This document shows positions 43,977 through 53,871 of a DNA stretch of 64,000 nt, piece by piece. How positions within the stretch are numbered: the first letter of the stretch is position 1; each line of letters begins with the position of its first letter. The stretch comes from Calditrichia bacterium (GTDB lineage Bacteria > Calditrichota > Calditrichia > JAJRVZ01): NCBI GenBank assembly GCA_963796965.1, contig CAWCNS010000005.1:672001-736000 (forward strand), in the 5' to 3' direction. The translations under genes were made by a program, and so were the position numbers. The notes beneath the pieces are model-generated. The model saw only the letters and a list, made by a program, of their open reading frames with translations, was not told the DNA's origin and did not search any database.

Positions 43977-46900
43977 GGCTTCCCCTCCTTGAAGATAAAG
44001 TTGAATCATCTCGATGATCTGTTTGAATTGAAAGTTTTCTAGCGAGTTCTTCAATTTTGGTCACAAAAGGAGTAAATTGTTTATCGATCTTATTGATGTT
44101 TTCGAGCGACTGTTGAATACCTGTAATGTGACTAATTTCGGCAAATTCCAGCAAGGTTTCCAAATCCTCTTTCGGAGGAACAACCAACGGGAATGTTTCA
44201 GACGCTGGCTGTTCCCCGGCATCGGTCGCAGATGGTTCCTCATACAGCCACTAAGTCGTAAATGCGTCTGTAAACATTCCAACAGTTCATCTATATGTAT
44301 GGGCTTTGCAAGAAAATCATTACAACCTGCTTGAAGACTCATTTGTCTTTTCGCCTCGAGCGTACTCGCTGAAATTCCAATTACAATGATCCCCTCAAGC
44401 GCAGATATCTGTCGAATCTGCCGTGTCGCTTCAACCCCATCCATTACTGGCATCACCAAATCCATAAAGATAAGTGCCGGGTAGAATATAGTAGATTTAG
44501 CAAGAGCATCCTGTCCGTTGATGGCTTCTGCAATCTCAAAGCCTAATGGTAAAAGCATATCTTTTAAAACGGCACGATTTTTTTCGTTATCATCAACAAG
44601 TAAAATTTTTCGTTTTTCTCCTTTATAACCGACGATATGGTGAGATAGCATCGCTGCGCTGTAAGATTCACTCACCAAGATCCTTCAACTTCTGGTAATT
44701 CCAGGTCAAACCAAAAGGTAGTCCCCTCGCCTACAACACTCTTAACATGCAATTCGCCACCCATTAAACGGACCAAATTGCGACTAATTGGCAGCCCCAA
44801 ACCAGTCCCCTCAGTTCTAAGCTGTGTCTTATGCACCTGATGAAATGGTAAAAAGATATCTTCTAAATTATCTGGTGAAATTCCAATACCTGTGTCTTCA
44901 ACTTCAAAATGGATGCATGCAACAGGGGATTTCACGTCTTTTTTCTGCAAGCGATTCGACATTAACACTAAAAATAACGCTCCCTTCTTCGACAAATTTG
45001 ATCGCATTATTGATTAGATTCAAAAGAACCTGACGTAAACGTTTTTCGTCTGCATGAATACCTGTTGGTAACTCAGCCGCAATTTTACACTCAAAAGAAA
45101 CACCTTCCTGTTGCGCCCGAATCCGGGCAATGTCCGTGATCCCTTTCAGAAAACCGGGCAGATATATATCGGCCAGTTCCAGTTCCATCTTTTTTGCTTC
45201 AATCCTGGAAAGATCTAGCAGCTCGCTGATAAGTGTCAATAAATGTTCACTACTGTGGTGAATCGTATCAATTGCATCTTTTTGCTTCTTTTTCACACTC
45301 TTGTCACGTCTGAGAATTTGCGTATAGCCTAAAATGCTATTCAGGGGGGTTCGTAATTCGTGACTCATATTAGCAAGAAAGGTACTTTTTGCGCGATTCG
45401 CGGATTCAGCCTCTCGCTGAGATTCTTTTGCAACTTCTATGGCATGTTTCAATTCTTCCTCCGCCTTCTTACGCTCGGTGATATCTACAGCAATACATAG
45501 AATTCCGTCATTGCTATCCGGAAGCGGAACTTTTAACTCATGAAGATCCATATAACATACAGATCCATCTTTACGAAGACTTTTTTCATGATGCCTCATG
45601 ACCTTGCCTTTTTTTAACTGGTTGATATTTCCTTCTACTTCAGGTAAGGCATCGGGATGCACCAGAATATTAACATGTTTTCCCACTAATTCTTCTTCTG
45701 AATACCCAATAGAATTACAGAATGAGGGATTCACATCGAGGATTAAACCGTTCATATCCTCTAGAAGTAGACCAGTTGGAGAAGGCTCAAAAAGCATACG
45801 GTATCTTTTTTCATTTTCAGACAACTCTTTATAGGCTAGTTTGCGTGCTGTAATGTCACGAGCTACAAAAACCACTGTGTTTTTCGACATGGGAGCAATA
45901 CGTCCATCAAACCAGATCTCAGATTTTCCGATGTTCAGAGCTATATTCAATCGTTACCAGCTGTTGTTTCACTAAACTTTGCTGAACACGTTCCAGAAAA
46001 ATATCAGCCTGATCTTGAGGAAATGTCTCATGCAAGGTTTTTCCGCGAAGATCATCCTCAGGTTTATAAAGGAGTTCCGGTGAGGTTGGGGCGATTTTTA
46101 GATAGCGCCCGTCGCGATCCAGCATAAGGACCACATCTGGCATACCCTTGAATAATGCCCGCAATTCCGCTTCCGAGTTTCGCAGCGCTTCCTCTGCTGT
46201 AGCCGTTTGTATCATCTGTGCAGTGGTGTTTGCAAGCCCTTCAAGCAGTCCATCATCTTCACGAGAAATAACGTGCTTGCTAAAGAGTGCCAAAACGCCT
46301 ATGGGCTTTCCGACAGCCGAAAGAAGCTGATAGCCGGCAAATGATATCAGACCAAGATTTTTGGCCCAGTTGTGATTGTGAACACGTGGATCATTGCGTC
46401 ACATCATTGGTGATAAATTTGGCGTCTTCGCCGGCTGCGATTCGTCCGATCTTGTAGCAGCCAAACGGGACGCGTCTGATGCACTTCTCCGTCAAGGTGG
46501 GTATACCGTCCTGAACTGGCCATAAGACAGAGACAAAGATCCCGATAACGACAGACATGTGGACCTTCTGTTACCTTGGCGTGAAAGCAACCGGATTCAC
46601 ACAGATCGCCGGGTTTGATGATCCAGATCCGGGCAAAATCGGCATCGAAAATGTATCACAATCCCATCCGTAATATGCTTGAGTTTTTCATCAAGACTGA
46701 GTGGACCAAGAAGGTCTTCCTTTAATTGATTCAGACGCTCTATCCGCTTTTGTGCTTGTTTGCGTTCAGCAATTTCCTGGTGCAACTGTGTATTGGCTTG
46801 TAAAAGTTCAGCTGTGCGTTCGCGAAGCTCCTCATCTTGTTTTCTTAGTTTTTCAAATGCTTGAGATAACGTGTCATTTGTTGAATTCCAGAAAGCGCTG

Positions 46901-47547
46901 TAACGTTTGAAATCATCCTCAAGCATTTTATGCTTCCAATATAATGTGGTCAAACCAATGTCTTCAGGAATTTCAAGCGAACTGCTCCCTATTCTCATAA
47001 ACCCGTTCAGAATCTTGAAACCGAATCTGGAAAATGTCTTCATTTTCCGTATTATCCACATTGATATACAGCAAGTCTTTTGTTGTTCCCAAACCACCAA
47101 TCAAAACACCTCGCTCCATATCTCTATTAAAATGGGTTGTGCTTCGAACGAGTTGCCGTCCCTTTTTCTTCATCCAGGCTCAGCAAAGAAAATTTACCGA
47201 TCTGATCCGGATTCCCCCGAATAACACTGTAATATCCCTCAGAACTGGTTTGAAAGTGTAAAAAATCAATTCCTCGTTTTAATAATGTGTTTCCCTGGGC
47301 CATGAGAGTACCAGAGATTCATCATTTCAATGCCAATTTGCTCAAATATAGGGCGCAGGATCAGAATACTTATCCCTAACAATATTTAAAATATTTAAAA
47401 CTTTTTCCAGAGGATACCATTCCTCTGCTTTAATTTGTTCCAGAAAATCGGGTTTCTTCCGCAATAAGAAATTTAAAATTTATACAAGCCTGTCCAAAAG
47501 ACAGAGGGAGTGCCCCTAATATCTGAGTGTTTATTGCGGTTTTTCAT
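43977..47547 (-). pseudogene. Large hybrid histidine kinase (GAF-PAS-PAS-HisKA-HATPase-REC) broken by multiple frameshifts
   Basis: Fragments: PAS (45919-46293; 45500-45800), MSHELRTP, NAIKF, GTGLGL, REC (44061-44678); putative start ATG 47547. Boundaries approximate. Confidence 0.7.
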
Positions 47548-47916
47548 AGTTTTCCCGTCCTTTAATGTAGTTGAAATAGTGCTAAAAATGCACCCTACAA
47601 AAATCATTAGTCAGCTCTGCTATTGTCCTATAATGGGCACAAAAATCCAAAAAGGTTCTATTTATATTCTTTTTATAATTAATCTATTAAAATGAAAATT
47701 TTCTAAACAGGAAAGTAAAATAAGTGCAATAGCAAAGAAACGAACAGGAAGAATTTGGTTAATTTTTTCACAACTCATCCTCCAAATCAAAGTTGTCGCT
47801 ATTAAGCGACTCATTGCACGGGATATGAAATTTCCCAACTTAGGCAACCGGGTACAACCATCTCGCTGCTGTCGTAGGGTGTGTAATAACCCGAAGGGTG
47901 GTTAGGGTGGTACAGG

Positions 47917-49464
47917 TTAAAGTTCTGTTTTTACCACTTTTTCCAATTTCACATCATCAATCCCCTGCACCTGGTGGAACGATATATTGCTTACATTTTT
48001 AAGAATGAATAGGGGTGCATCCTTTCCCTTTTTCGCATCGATGTGATTGAAATCAGCATCGTGAACATCATCCAGAACAAAAGCAGGGCGCTCGTCACTA
48101 TTTATGTAATGTAGGATTATGTCACTCACTTTTAATCCTTTTACATATCGGAAATAGATACCATAAGCAGGCATGGAATGCCAGCGATACGGATCAGGAT
48201 ACATGTCGATGTTTTGCGGAACCTCTTTATCAATTGCCTCTTTCGAAATACCGCCACGGAAATAGATTCGGATATTTCTCAAAGTCAAATCTTCAATATA
48301 ATGACCAGGAATCCCCATCACCATTCCGGCCCCCAATTCGGGAGCCTTCGGGCGTCCACCCACATCATAAACATTTAAGTCGCTGATTGTAATGCGTCTG
48401 CACACACCAACCGGCGTTCCTTCAGGGCCACGCATTCGGGCATTTAGCCGGATAAAGAACGGTGTGTCTGTCACGTCACGCATCGTAATGTTGTTAATCA
48501 ATACATCCTCAACCAGACCACCATCTGCTGTCTCAATACAGATTCCCCGCGAACGTTCGAAAACACAATTAGAGACTGTAATATTCTTAAAGCCCCCGTT
48601 TGATTCCGTTCCCATCTTCAAACGTCCAGTAATACAGTGACCTGCTTCGGGATCCTCATCTATAAATTCAGTTTTGAACGTTCCGTCCATTAACGACCCA
48701 TGATCATAACCAAACACCTGGCAATTGGTAATGGTTACATTTTCAGTAGCCCGTGCATAGCCTAAGGCGAAAGATGATTTCAAACATAGTCCGTCGTCAG
48801 TGGGCGAATTGATGATACAATTTGAAACAAGAACATTTTTGCAGCAGTCAATATCAAAGGCATCGCGGTCAGCATCAGCACGCACATTATCAATCGTCAA
48901 ATTGTCAACACCCGTGGCTAATATGCAGAAGTGACCACCATGAAGGATGGAGATGTCTCGAATCGTCACATTTAAGCAATTTTTTAAACTGATCGCCTTA
49001 TTTCCCGATCCTTTTATATCGGGCTTATCGTGTGTGTATAAACCTTTACCCCAGATCATCCCGTACCCGGTAATCGCAATATCGCGCAGGCTGTCGCCGT
49101 AAATCAGGCTGTTTTTCCAATAGCTGTGCCCAAAGTCCTGAAACTTTTTATACCAAGCATCTTCTTCAGGCAAGTCATATCCAACCCCATCCACTTCTTT
49201 ATCCCCGATCAACCTTGCCCCTTGATCCAGGTGAAGGGTGATCTTACTCTGCATTCGAATCGTATAGGAAAGAAAATCGCCCGCAGGAAAATAAACCGTT
49301 CCTCCTCCATTCTTTGCAGCAGCATCAATAGCCGCGTTAATTGCCCCGGTATTATTGGTTTTGCCATCTCCCCTGGCTCCGTAGTCGCGCACATTGTAAA
49401 ACATCTCCTGAGCAGACACGGATACTACCAGCAATAATATCAAAAATATTGTTATCTTTCTCAA
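47917..49464 (-). CDS. Glycoside hydrolase family 28 (polygalacturonase-like)
   Basis: YGARGDGKT, RDAFDID, DDGLCLKS, KMGTES. Confidence 0.9.
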   Translation of the reverse strand: MRKITIFLILLLVVSVSAQEMFYNVRDYGARGDGKTNNTGAINAAIDAAAKNGGGTVYFPAGDFLSYTIRMQSKITLHLDQGARLIGDKEVDGVGYDLPEEDAWYKKFQDFGHSYWKNSLIYGDSLRDIAITGYGMIWGKGLYTHDKPDIKGSGNKAISLKNCLNVTIRDISILHGGHFCILATGVDNLTIDNVRADADRDAFDIDCCKNVLVSNCIINSPTDDGLCLKSSFALGYARATENVTITNCQVFGYDHGSLMDGTFKTEFIDEDPEAGHCITGRLKMGTESNGGFKNITVSNCVFERSRGICIETADGGLVEDVLINNITMRDVTDTPFFIRLNARMRGPEGTPVGVCRRITISDLNVYDVGGRPKAPELGAGMVMGIPGHYIEDLTLRNIRIYFRGGISKEAIDKEVPQNIDMYPDPYRWHSMPAYGIYFRYVKGLKVSDIILHYINSDERPAFVLDDVHDADFNHIDAKKGKDAPLFILKNVSNISFHQVQGIDDVKLEKVVKTEL

Positions 49465-49628
49465 TTATTTCTCCTTAAATCGAAATTTTAGTACTGGCAT
49501 GTTTTATTAGTAATTTAAAACAGTTATCTCTTTGAAAAAACACCTATGAGAAATCTTGTGGAAAAGCAAGTTTCATTTAAAAATCATTTTATACTTTTAT
49601 CTGGATTTGAAATAAGAAGTGATTCGGA

Positions 49629-50297
49629 TTATGGCTTCCCACCCCAGTTTGGAATCTCCTTCTTTCCTCGCGGAGAAAGCATGTACACACCACGTGACGC
49701 TCTGTCAAACCAGCCATACACGTCACGGTATAAGATATCCCTGGCTTTCGGCTCGCCTAGAGTTTGGGCTACATCTGAGGCTTTTGTCGGTCCGTGCTCC
49801 CTTAGAAACCAGCCTATGGCAATAGACCTTTGCCGGTAGGCGGTCATGATGCCCTTTCTCTTCTCTGTCCCACCAAGGTTCGGATCCCCTACCCGTCTCA
49901 TGAACTCACTAAGCAAACGCTCCTGGCGGTGCTTTGACTCTCTGGGCTTATACGCACCTGGATCGATTAGCACGTCTACGCTCCCGGTCTTCAGTTTCGG
50001 ATCTATCACGATCAAACCCAAACCAAGCATCCGGAGTAGTTTAATGACCTGTCTCCGTCGTCGCTTCAAAATTGCACATTGCCTGGGAATGCCGATATAC
50101 ACTTTTGGTGTCAGGGAAATCCGTTCAACAGCCTGAAGAATCACGTTTAAATTGAAAGAGAGTTTGAGTTCAACGACCAAGGGAGATTCATCCCCGCGCA
50201 CGGCCAGAACATCACAGTCCTGTACCTCACCCTTCACCTCATAATTCTGAGATTCCAGGAACCGTTTAAGAGGAAGATAAAGATCAGATTCCTTCAT
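49629..50297 (-). CDS. DUF2161 family putative PD-(D/E)XK protein (integron cassette)
   Basis: KESDLYLPLK..EVKGEV..CDV..VELK..GIMTAYRQ..NVYGWF-like motif. Confidence 0.85.
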   Translation of the reverse strand: MKESDLYLPLKRFLESQNYEVKGEVQDCDVLAVRGDESPLVVELKLSFNLNVILQAVERISLTPKVYIGIPRQCAILKRRRRQVIKLLRMLGLGLIVIDPKLKTGSVDVLIDPGAYKPRESKHRQERLLSEFMRRVGDPNLGGTEKRKGIMTAYRQRSIAIGWFLREHGPTKASDVAQTLGEPKARDILYRDVYGWFDRASRGVYMLSPRGKKEIPNWGGKP

Positions 50298-50312
50298 ACT
50301 TATTCTTCATAT

Positions 50313-50419
50313 GCCGAACAGATGGCGGTTAACCAACAATACCACAAACATCGTGAACTAATAAGCTGCCCGCATGACAATTGCACGTGCTTGGCGTCTG
50401 TTTGAACCGCGTGTTATGG
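50313..50419 (-). mobile_element. attC site
   Basis: Minus strand: CCATAAC-ACGCGGTTCAAAC...GGTTAACCGC-CATCT-GTTCGGC. Confidence 0.75.
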
Positions 50420-50492
50420 TTTTTTTAAAACTAGCTCGATTATTTGTAAAGTTCAAAAAAATTTTCTGGATATGATCATCCTTCTAAAAAAA

Positions 50493-50590
50493 ACATAACG
50501 ATCAGGCATAGGTGGCCGCCCACAATTGTGACCAGCTTCTGAATTCTTCGGATTGTCACGGTAGAAGCTCAGTCACCTGCGGAGAATATC
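50493..50590 (-). mobile_element. Degenerate attC site (R'' half eroded)
   Basis: Minus strand: GCAGGTGAC...GCCACCTATGCCTGATC-GTTATGT with internal stem GTGAC..AGCTTCT/AGAAGCT..GTCAC. Confidence 0.55.
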
Positions 50591-51407
50591 TCGTCGCCAC
50601 AAGAATGCGACAGCGCGCTTACCCAAGATGTAATCATCAAATATCACTTGAGCCTGACTATCCCCCATACCAAGACACACGTGCAGTGGCAACAAATGCT
50701 CCTCACGGGGGTGACAGTATCTTGCAGAAGGTGCTTTTTCCCAATCGATCAAGTGTTTTTCACGCTCAGACTGGGGCAAAGTGCCAGTGCATATCTCGAT
50801 CAGCCAATTTTGAAAAGCATCATTGTCTGGATCAGGTGCGTTATTTTCTTTCCAAGAGAATGCTTTCATATTGTGGAACGAAAATCCAGATCCGACTACT
50901 AAGATATTTTCATGCATTAATTCGCGCAGCGCTTTTCCAAGAGCAATATGCACGGCTGGTTTAAGACCGTGTAATAGCGATAGTTGAAGCGCGGGAATAT
51001 CGGCACGGGGGTACATCAGTTTCAGTGGGATAAAAAAGCCATGGTCAAATCCCCGCTTAGGATCGATATGAGCCTGTATATTGTTTATATTCAATATTTC
51101 TGCAATCCTTTTCAGCAAGATCTGGGTTTCCAGGGGCCGGATATGTAATTTCATAGGCTTCATCGGGAAAACCATAGTAATCATATAAGATGGGAGGGGT
51201 GGGTGAGCCTAAGAGCGTTGCTACACTTTCCTCCCAATGTGCGCTGATGACAAGTATAACATCTGGCGTTCTCAATTGAGATGGAATCTGTAGCATGAAA
51301 TCCACCATTGCCTCATGGCTTGCGTCTCCGAGAATTGGCAATGGGCCTCCACCATGGGATAAATAGACAATTTGGCCCTGATTATTATTGCTGTTTTTTT
51401 TCATCAC
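50573..51407 (-). CDS. Class III extradiol dioxygenase (LigB/DODA-like), frameshift ~51110 (cassette)
   Basis: YLSHGGGP, ISAHW, YDYYGFP, RGFDHG, GSGFSFHN, HPREEHLLP. Confidence 0.88.
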
Positions 51408-51470
51408 CGATTAATGTTCCAGTTCAATCTTTCCAAACACCTCCGCTTCCGCAGTTACAATATCTTTACC

Positions 51471-51526
51471 GCCTAACGTGAAGTTCAGCGGCGGTTTTTA
51501 CCGTCCGCTGTAACGTCTTCTTGGGA
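51471..51526 (-). mobile_element. attC site (R'' AAC mutated to AAG)
   Basis: Minus strand: TCCCAAG-AAGACGTTACAGCGGACGG-TAAAAA-CCGCCGCTGAACTTCAC-GTTAGGC. Confidence 0.8.
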
Positions 51527-51645
51527 TCCAGCTTCTCCTGAACCGAACCCCAAGCGGCCACAGATTCGGGCATTGTTCTGTATTTTACGGCTCGTTTCAA
51601 TGGGAAATGATGCGGTTGTTATCAACACACTTTCATAGAAAACTA

Positions 51646-51679
51646 AAAAAACTTCGCCGATAATTTGGCGAAGTTTTTT
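51646..51679 (-). terminator. Rho-independent (bidirectional) terminator after aldo/keto reductase
   Basis: AAAAAACTTCGCC-GATAATTT-GGCGAAGTTTTTT. Confidence 0.8.
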
Positions 51680-51684
51680 AATTT

Positions 51685-52641
51685 TCAGTAGCGTTCACCC
51701 TCGACCTTAAAATTCTGAGAAAAAGCGTCTAACTCTGCTTTCTCCTTTTTACTCAAAATAATTACCTGAGTCGCCCAATTTAAATTCAAATATTTCGAGC
51801 GGCGTGTCCCAGGTATCGTAGCGATATCATCACCTTTTGCAAGCACCCATGCCAATGCCACTTGTGAAGGTGTAACATCTTTTTCAGTCGCGATTTCTTT
51901 GACTTTTTCGACAAGTTTTTGGTTATTTGCAATAGCTTCTTCACTAAAACGGGGGTTGCTTAATCGCCAGTCACTTTGTTCAAGATCATCGCGCTGTTTA
52001 ATTGCGCCAGTTAAAAATCCGCGGCCAAGCGGGCTGTAGGCGACAAAGCCAATTCCAAGTTCACGCGCTTTTGGCAAAATACTTTCTTCAACGTCTCGCG
52101 ACCAGAGTGAAAGCTCAGTTTGTAGCGCGGAAATGGGGTGGGTATGGTGTGCTTTTTCCAGGTCTTCGGCACTGTATTCTGATAGACCGATGTAGCCAAT
52201 TTTACCTGCTTGGACCAGTTCGGCCATCGTGCCGATTGTTTCTTCGATGGGGACTTCCGGGTCCGGTCGATGTTGGTAGTAAAGGTCGATATAATCGGTG
52301 TTCAGGCGCTTCAGCGAAGCGTCGCAGCAGACTTTAATGTATTCTGGTGAGCCGCTAATACCAAGCCAGGCACCATCTTGTCCGCGTTTTATGCCAAACT
52401 TTGTGGCCAGAATGACTTTTTCACGGCGATTCGCCAGCGCTTTTCCAAGTAATTTTTCGTTGGTAAATGGGCCGTACATGTCAGCGGTATCCCAAAAATT
52501 ACAGCCGATTTCTAAGGCTTCATCGAGTAGTTTTAGGCTTTTAGCATCATCGGATCGACCATAAAATTCCGACATACCCATACAGCCAAGTCCAACGGCA
52601 GGAACCTTTAGACCTTGTTGACCAAGTTTAACAATTTTCAT
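51685..52641 (-). CDS. Aldo/keto reductase
   Basis: GLGCMGMS, DTADMYG, LATKFG, IDLYYQHR, YSPLGRG. Confidence 0.95.
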   Translation of the reverse strand: MKIVKLGQQGLKVPAVGLGCMGMSEFYGRSDDAKSLKLLDEALEIGCNFWDTADMYGPFTNEKLLGKALANRREKVILATKFGIKRGQDGAWLGISGSPEYIKVCCDASLKRLNTDYIDLYYQHRPDPEVPIEETIGTMAELVQAGKIGYIGLSEYSAEDLEKAHHTHPISALQTELSLWSRDVEESILPKARELGIGFVAYSPLGRGFLTGAIKQRDDLEQSDWRLSNPRFSEEAIANNQKLVEKVKEIATEKDVTPSQVALAWVLAKGDDIATIPGTRRSKYLNLNWATQVIILSKKEKAELDAFSQNFKVEGERY

Positions 52642-52717
52642 TTTTCCTCCAAAAAATTTTAACTTGAAGTCTTAAACGAATTTATAAATTAACTTTTGTC
52701 CATTGTCTTCTTTGCTG

Positions 52718-52821
52718 CTCTAACGGTCACGCTTAAGGGGTGCGCCACTGACTAGGGAAAGGCACGATGTATTCGAATTCATGCTACATGTTTTCACGTC
52801 CGCTTCAAGCCATGGTTAGAA
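52718..52821 (-). mobile_element. attC site
   Basis: Minus strand: TTCTAAC-CATGGCTTGAAGCGGAC...CACCCCTTAAGCGTGACC-GTTAGAG, 11 bp after the toxin stop. Confidence 0.85.
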
Positions 52822-52832
52822 TTGCTTTAAAA

Positions 52833-53090
52833 TTACCGGTAGACATCACGACGATGGCCTACCTTTATTATTATGACAATCAATTTATCATCTTCAATTG
52901 TGTAAATAATTCGGTAAGAACCCTGACGTATTCGATAAGCATTTTGTGCGGTTAATTTTTCACATCCTGTAGGACGTGGATCTTTGGAGAGAGTCTGAAT
53001 TCTGTCTGTAATCTTAAGAAGTTCCTTCTTCGGAATTTTATTTAATTCCTTAATTGCAGACGGCTTAATTAGAACTTTATAGCTTGCCAC
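52833..53090 (-). CDS. Type II toxin, RelE/ParE family
   Basis: SAIKELNKIP...DPRPTGCEKL...YRIRQGSYRIIY...VGHRRDVYR. Confidence 0.93.
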   Translation of the reverse strand: MASYKVLIKPSAIKELNKIPKKELLKITDRIQTLSKDPRPTGCEKLTAQNAYRIRQGSYRIIYTIEDDKLIVIIIKVGHRRDVYR

Positions 53091-53310
53091 TATGTTTTAA
53101 ATCTTTCAGTATATCCTTAAAATCAACATTTGGTTCATTTTGCCGCTCTTCAATTGCCAGAAGATCTTCATAATCCTCAGCGAGACTAAAACGAACAGCA
53201 TCATTAATTAGTTCTGACATGGTTCGTTCAATCTGAGCAGATTTAATTTTTAATGCTCTGTGTAATTTGGGATCAAGATAAACTGTGGCTCTTTTATTTT
53301 TTGCTTCCAT
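53077..53310 (-). CDS. CopG/ribbon-helix-helix antitoxin
   Basis: KRATVYLDPKLHRALKIK...SELINDAV..LAEDYEDL; overlaps the toxin start. Confidence 0.9.
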   Translation of the reverse strand: MEAKNKRATVYLDPKLHRALKIKSAQIERTMSELINDAVRFSLAEDYEDLLAIEERQNEPNVDFKDILKDLKHSGKL

Positions 53311-53316
53311 GTTTTA

Positions 53317-53344
53317 AATATACAAAATGACATCAAGATGTCAA
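53317..53344 (-). promoter_or_regulatory. TA promoter with overlapping operator
   Basis: TTGACA-N16-TATATT; perfect IR TGACATC-AA-GATGTCA (53328-53343). Confidence 0.75.
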
Positions 53345-53374
53345 GACGTTTTAATGTAAAAAAAGCAATTCTAA

Positions 53375-53587
53375 CTATTGATTGAGCATATAAGACTTAC
53401 CCACCGGATAAGGAAGAACATAGGGAGATGTATTTTTATTCGGGAAAACAATTTCATCACATCGGTAGTTACAACCGCAGTGAAGGGTAAGCATACAGAG
53501 TATGTTGATAACAATAATATTATTTATAGTCATTTTCATTTTTATATAACTTTTATAGCAATTCAACCTGGACCGGTTACTTTTCAA
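53375..53587 (-). pseudogene. Truncated N-terminal fragment, M23-peptidase-like lipoprotein
   Basis: SPYVLPYPVGKSY motif ends abruptly at the cassette G^TTAGAA boundary. Confidence 0.5.
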
Positions 53588-53667
53588 ATACAGTAAAGAA
53601 CAGTCATCTATCTCATGGCTATCAGGCCAATTTAATCAATAACGATCAAAGAACAATGATCACTCCA

Positions 53668-53865
53668 ATATCTCATATCTCGCATTTCGAATTCCATATC
53701 TCCGATCAGGTTTCCTTCGTAACAGTTATCACATCCCCCTAACCCCCTTCAAAGGGGGAACAGATCGTTCTTTCCCATATCTCATATCCGGTATCTCAAA
53801 TCCCCAATTCCGAATGCCAAATCTAAATTTTTCTTGCCGCTGCGCTCGCTGCGTCTTTGCGTGAA
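53668..53865. repeat. Mixed repeat cluster (heptamers, CCCCCTT-AAGGGGG palindrome, CGCAAAG-type arm)
   Basis: ATATCTC repeats; ACATCCCCCTAACCCCCTTCAAAGGGGGAA (53731-53760); GCGTCTTTGCGTG. Confidence 0.65.
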
Positions 53866-53871
53866 AAAAAA

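Noticed and set aside
42819..44054. N-terminal extension of the hybrid kinase ORF to 44054
   Set aside because: The extra 26 codons are the tail of the upstream frameshifted kinase; the paralogous REC start supports ATG 43976.
47780..47915. GC-richer structured-looking spacer (possible riboswitch or intron fragment)
   Set aside because: No conserved riboswitch or group II intron motif could be identified by eye; an Rfam search would be needed.
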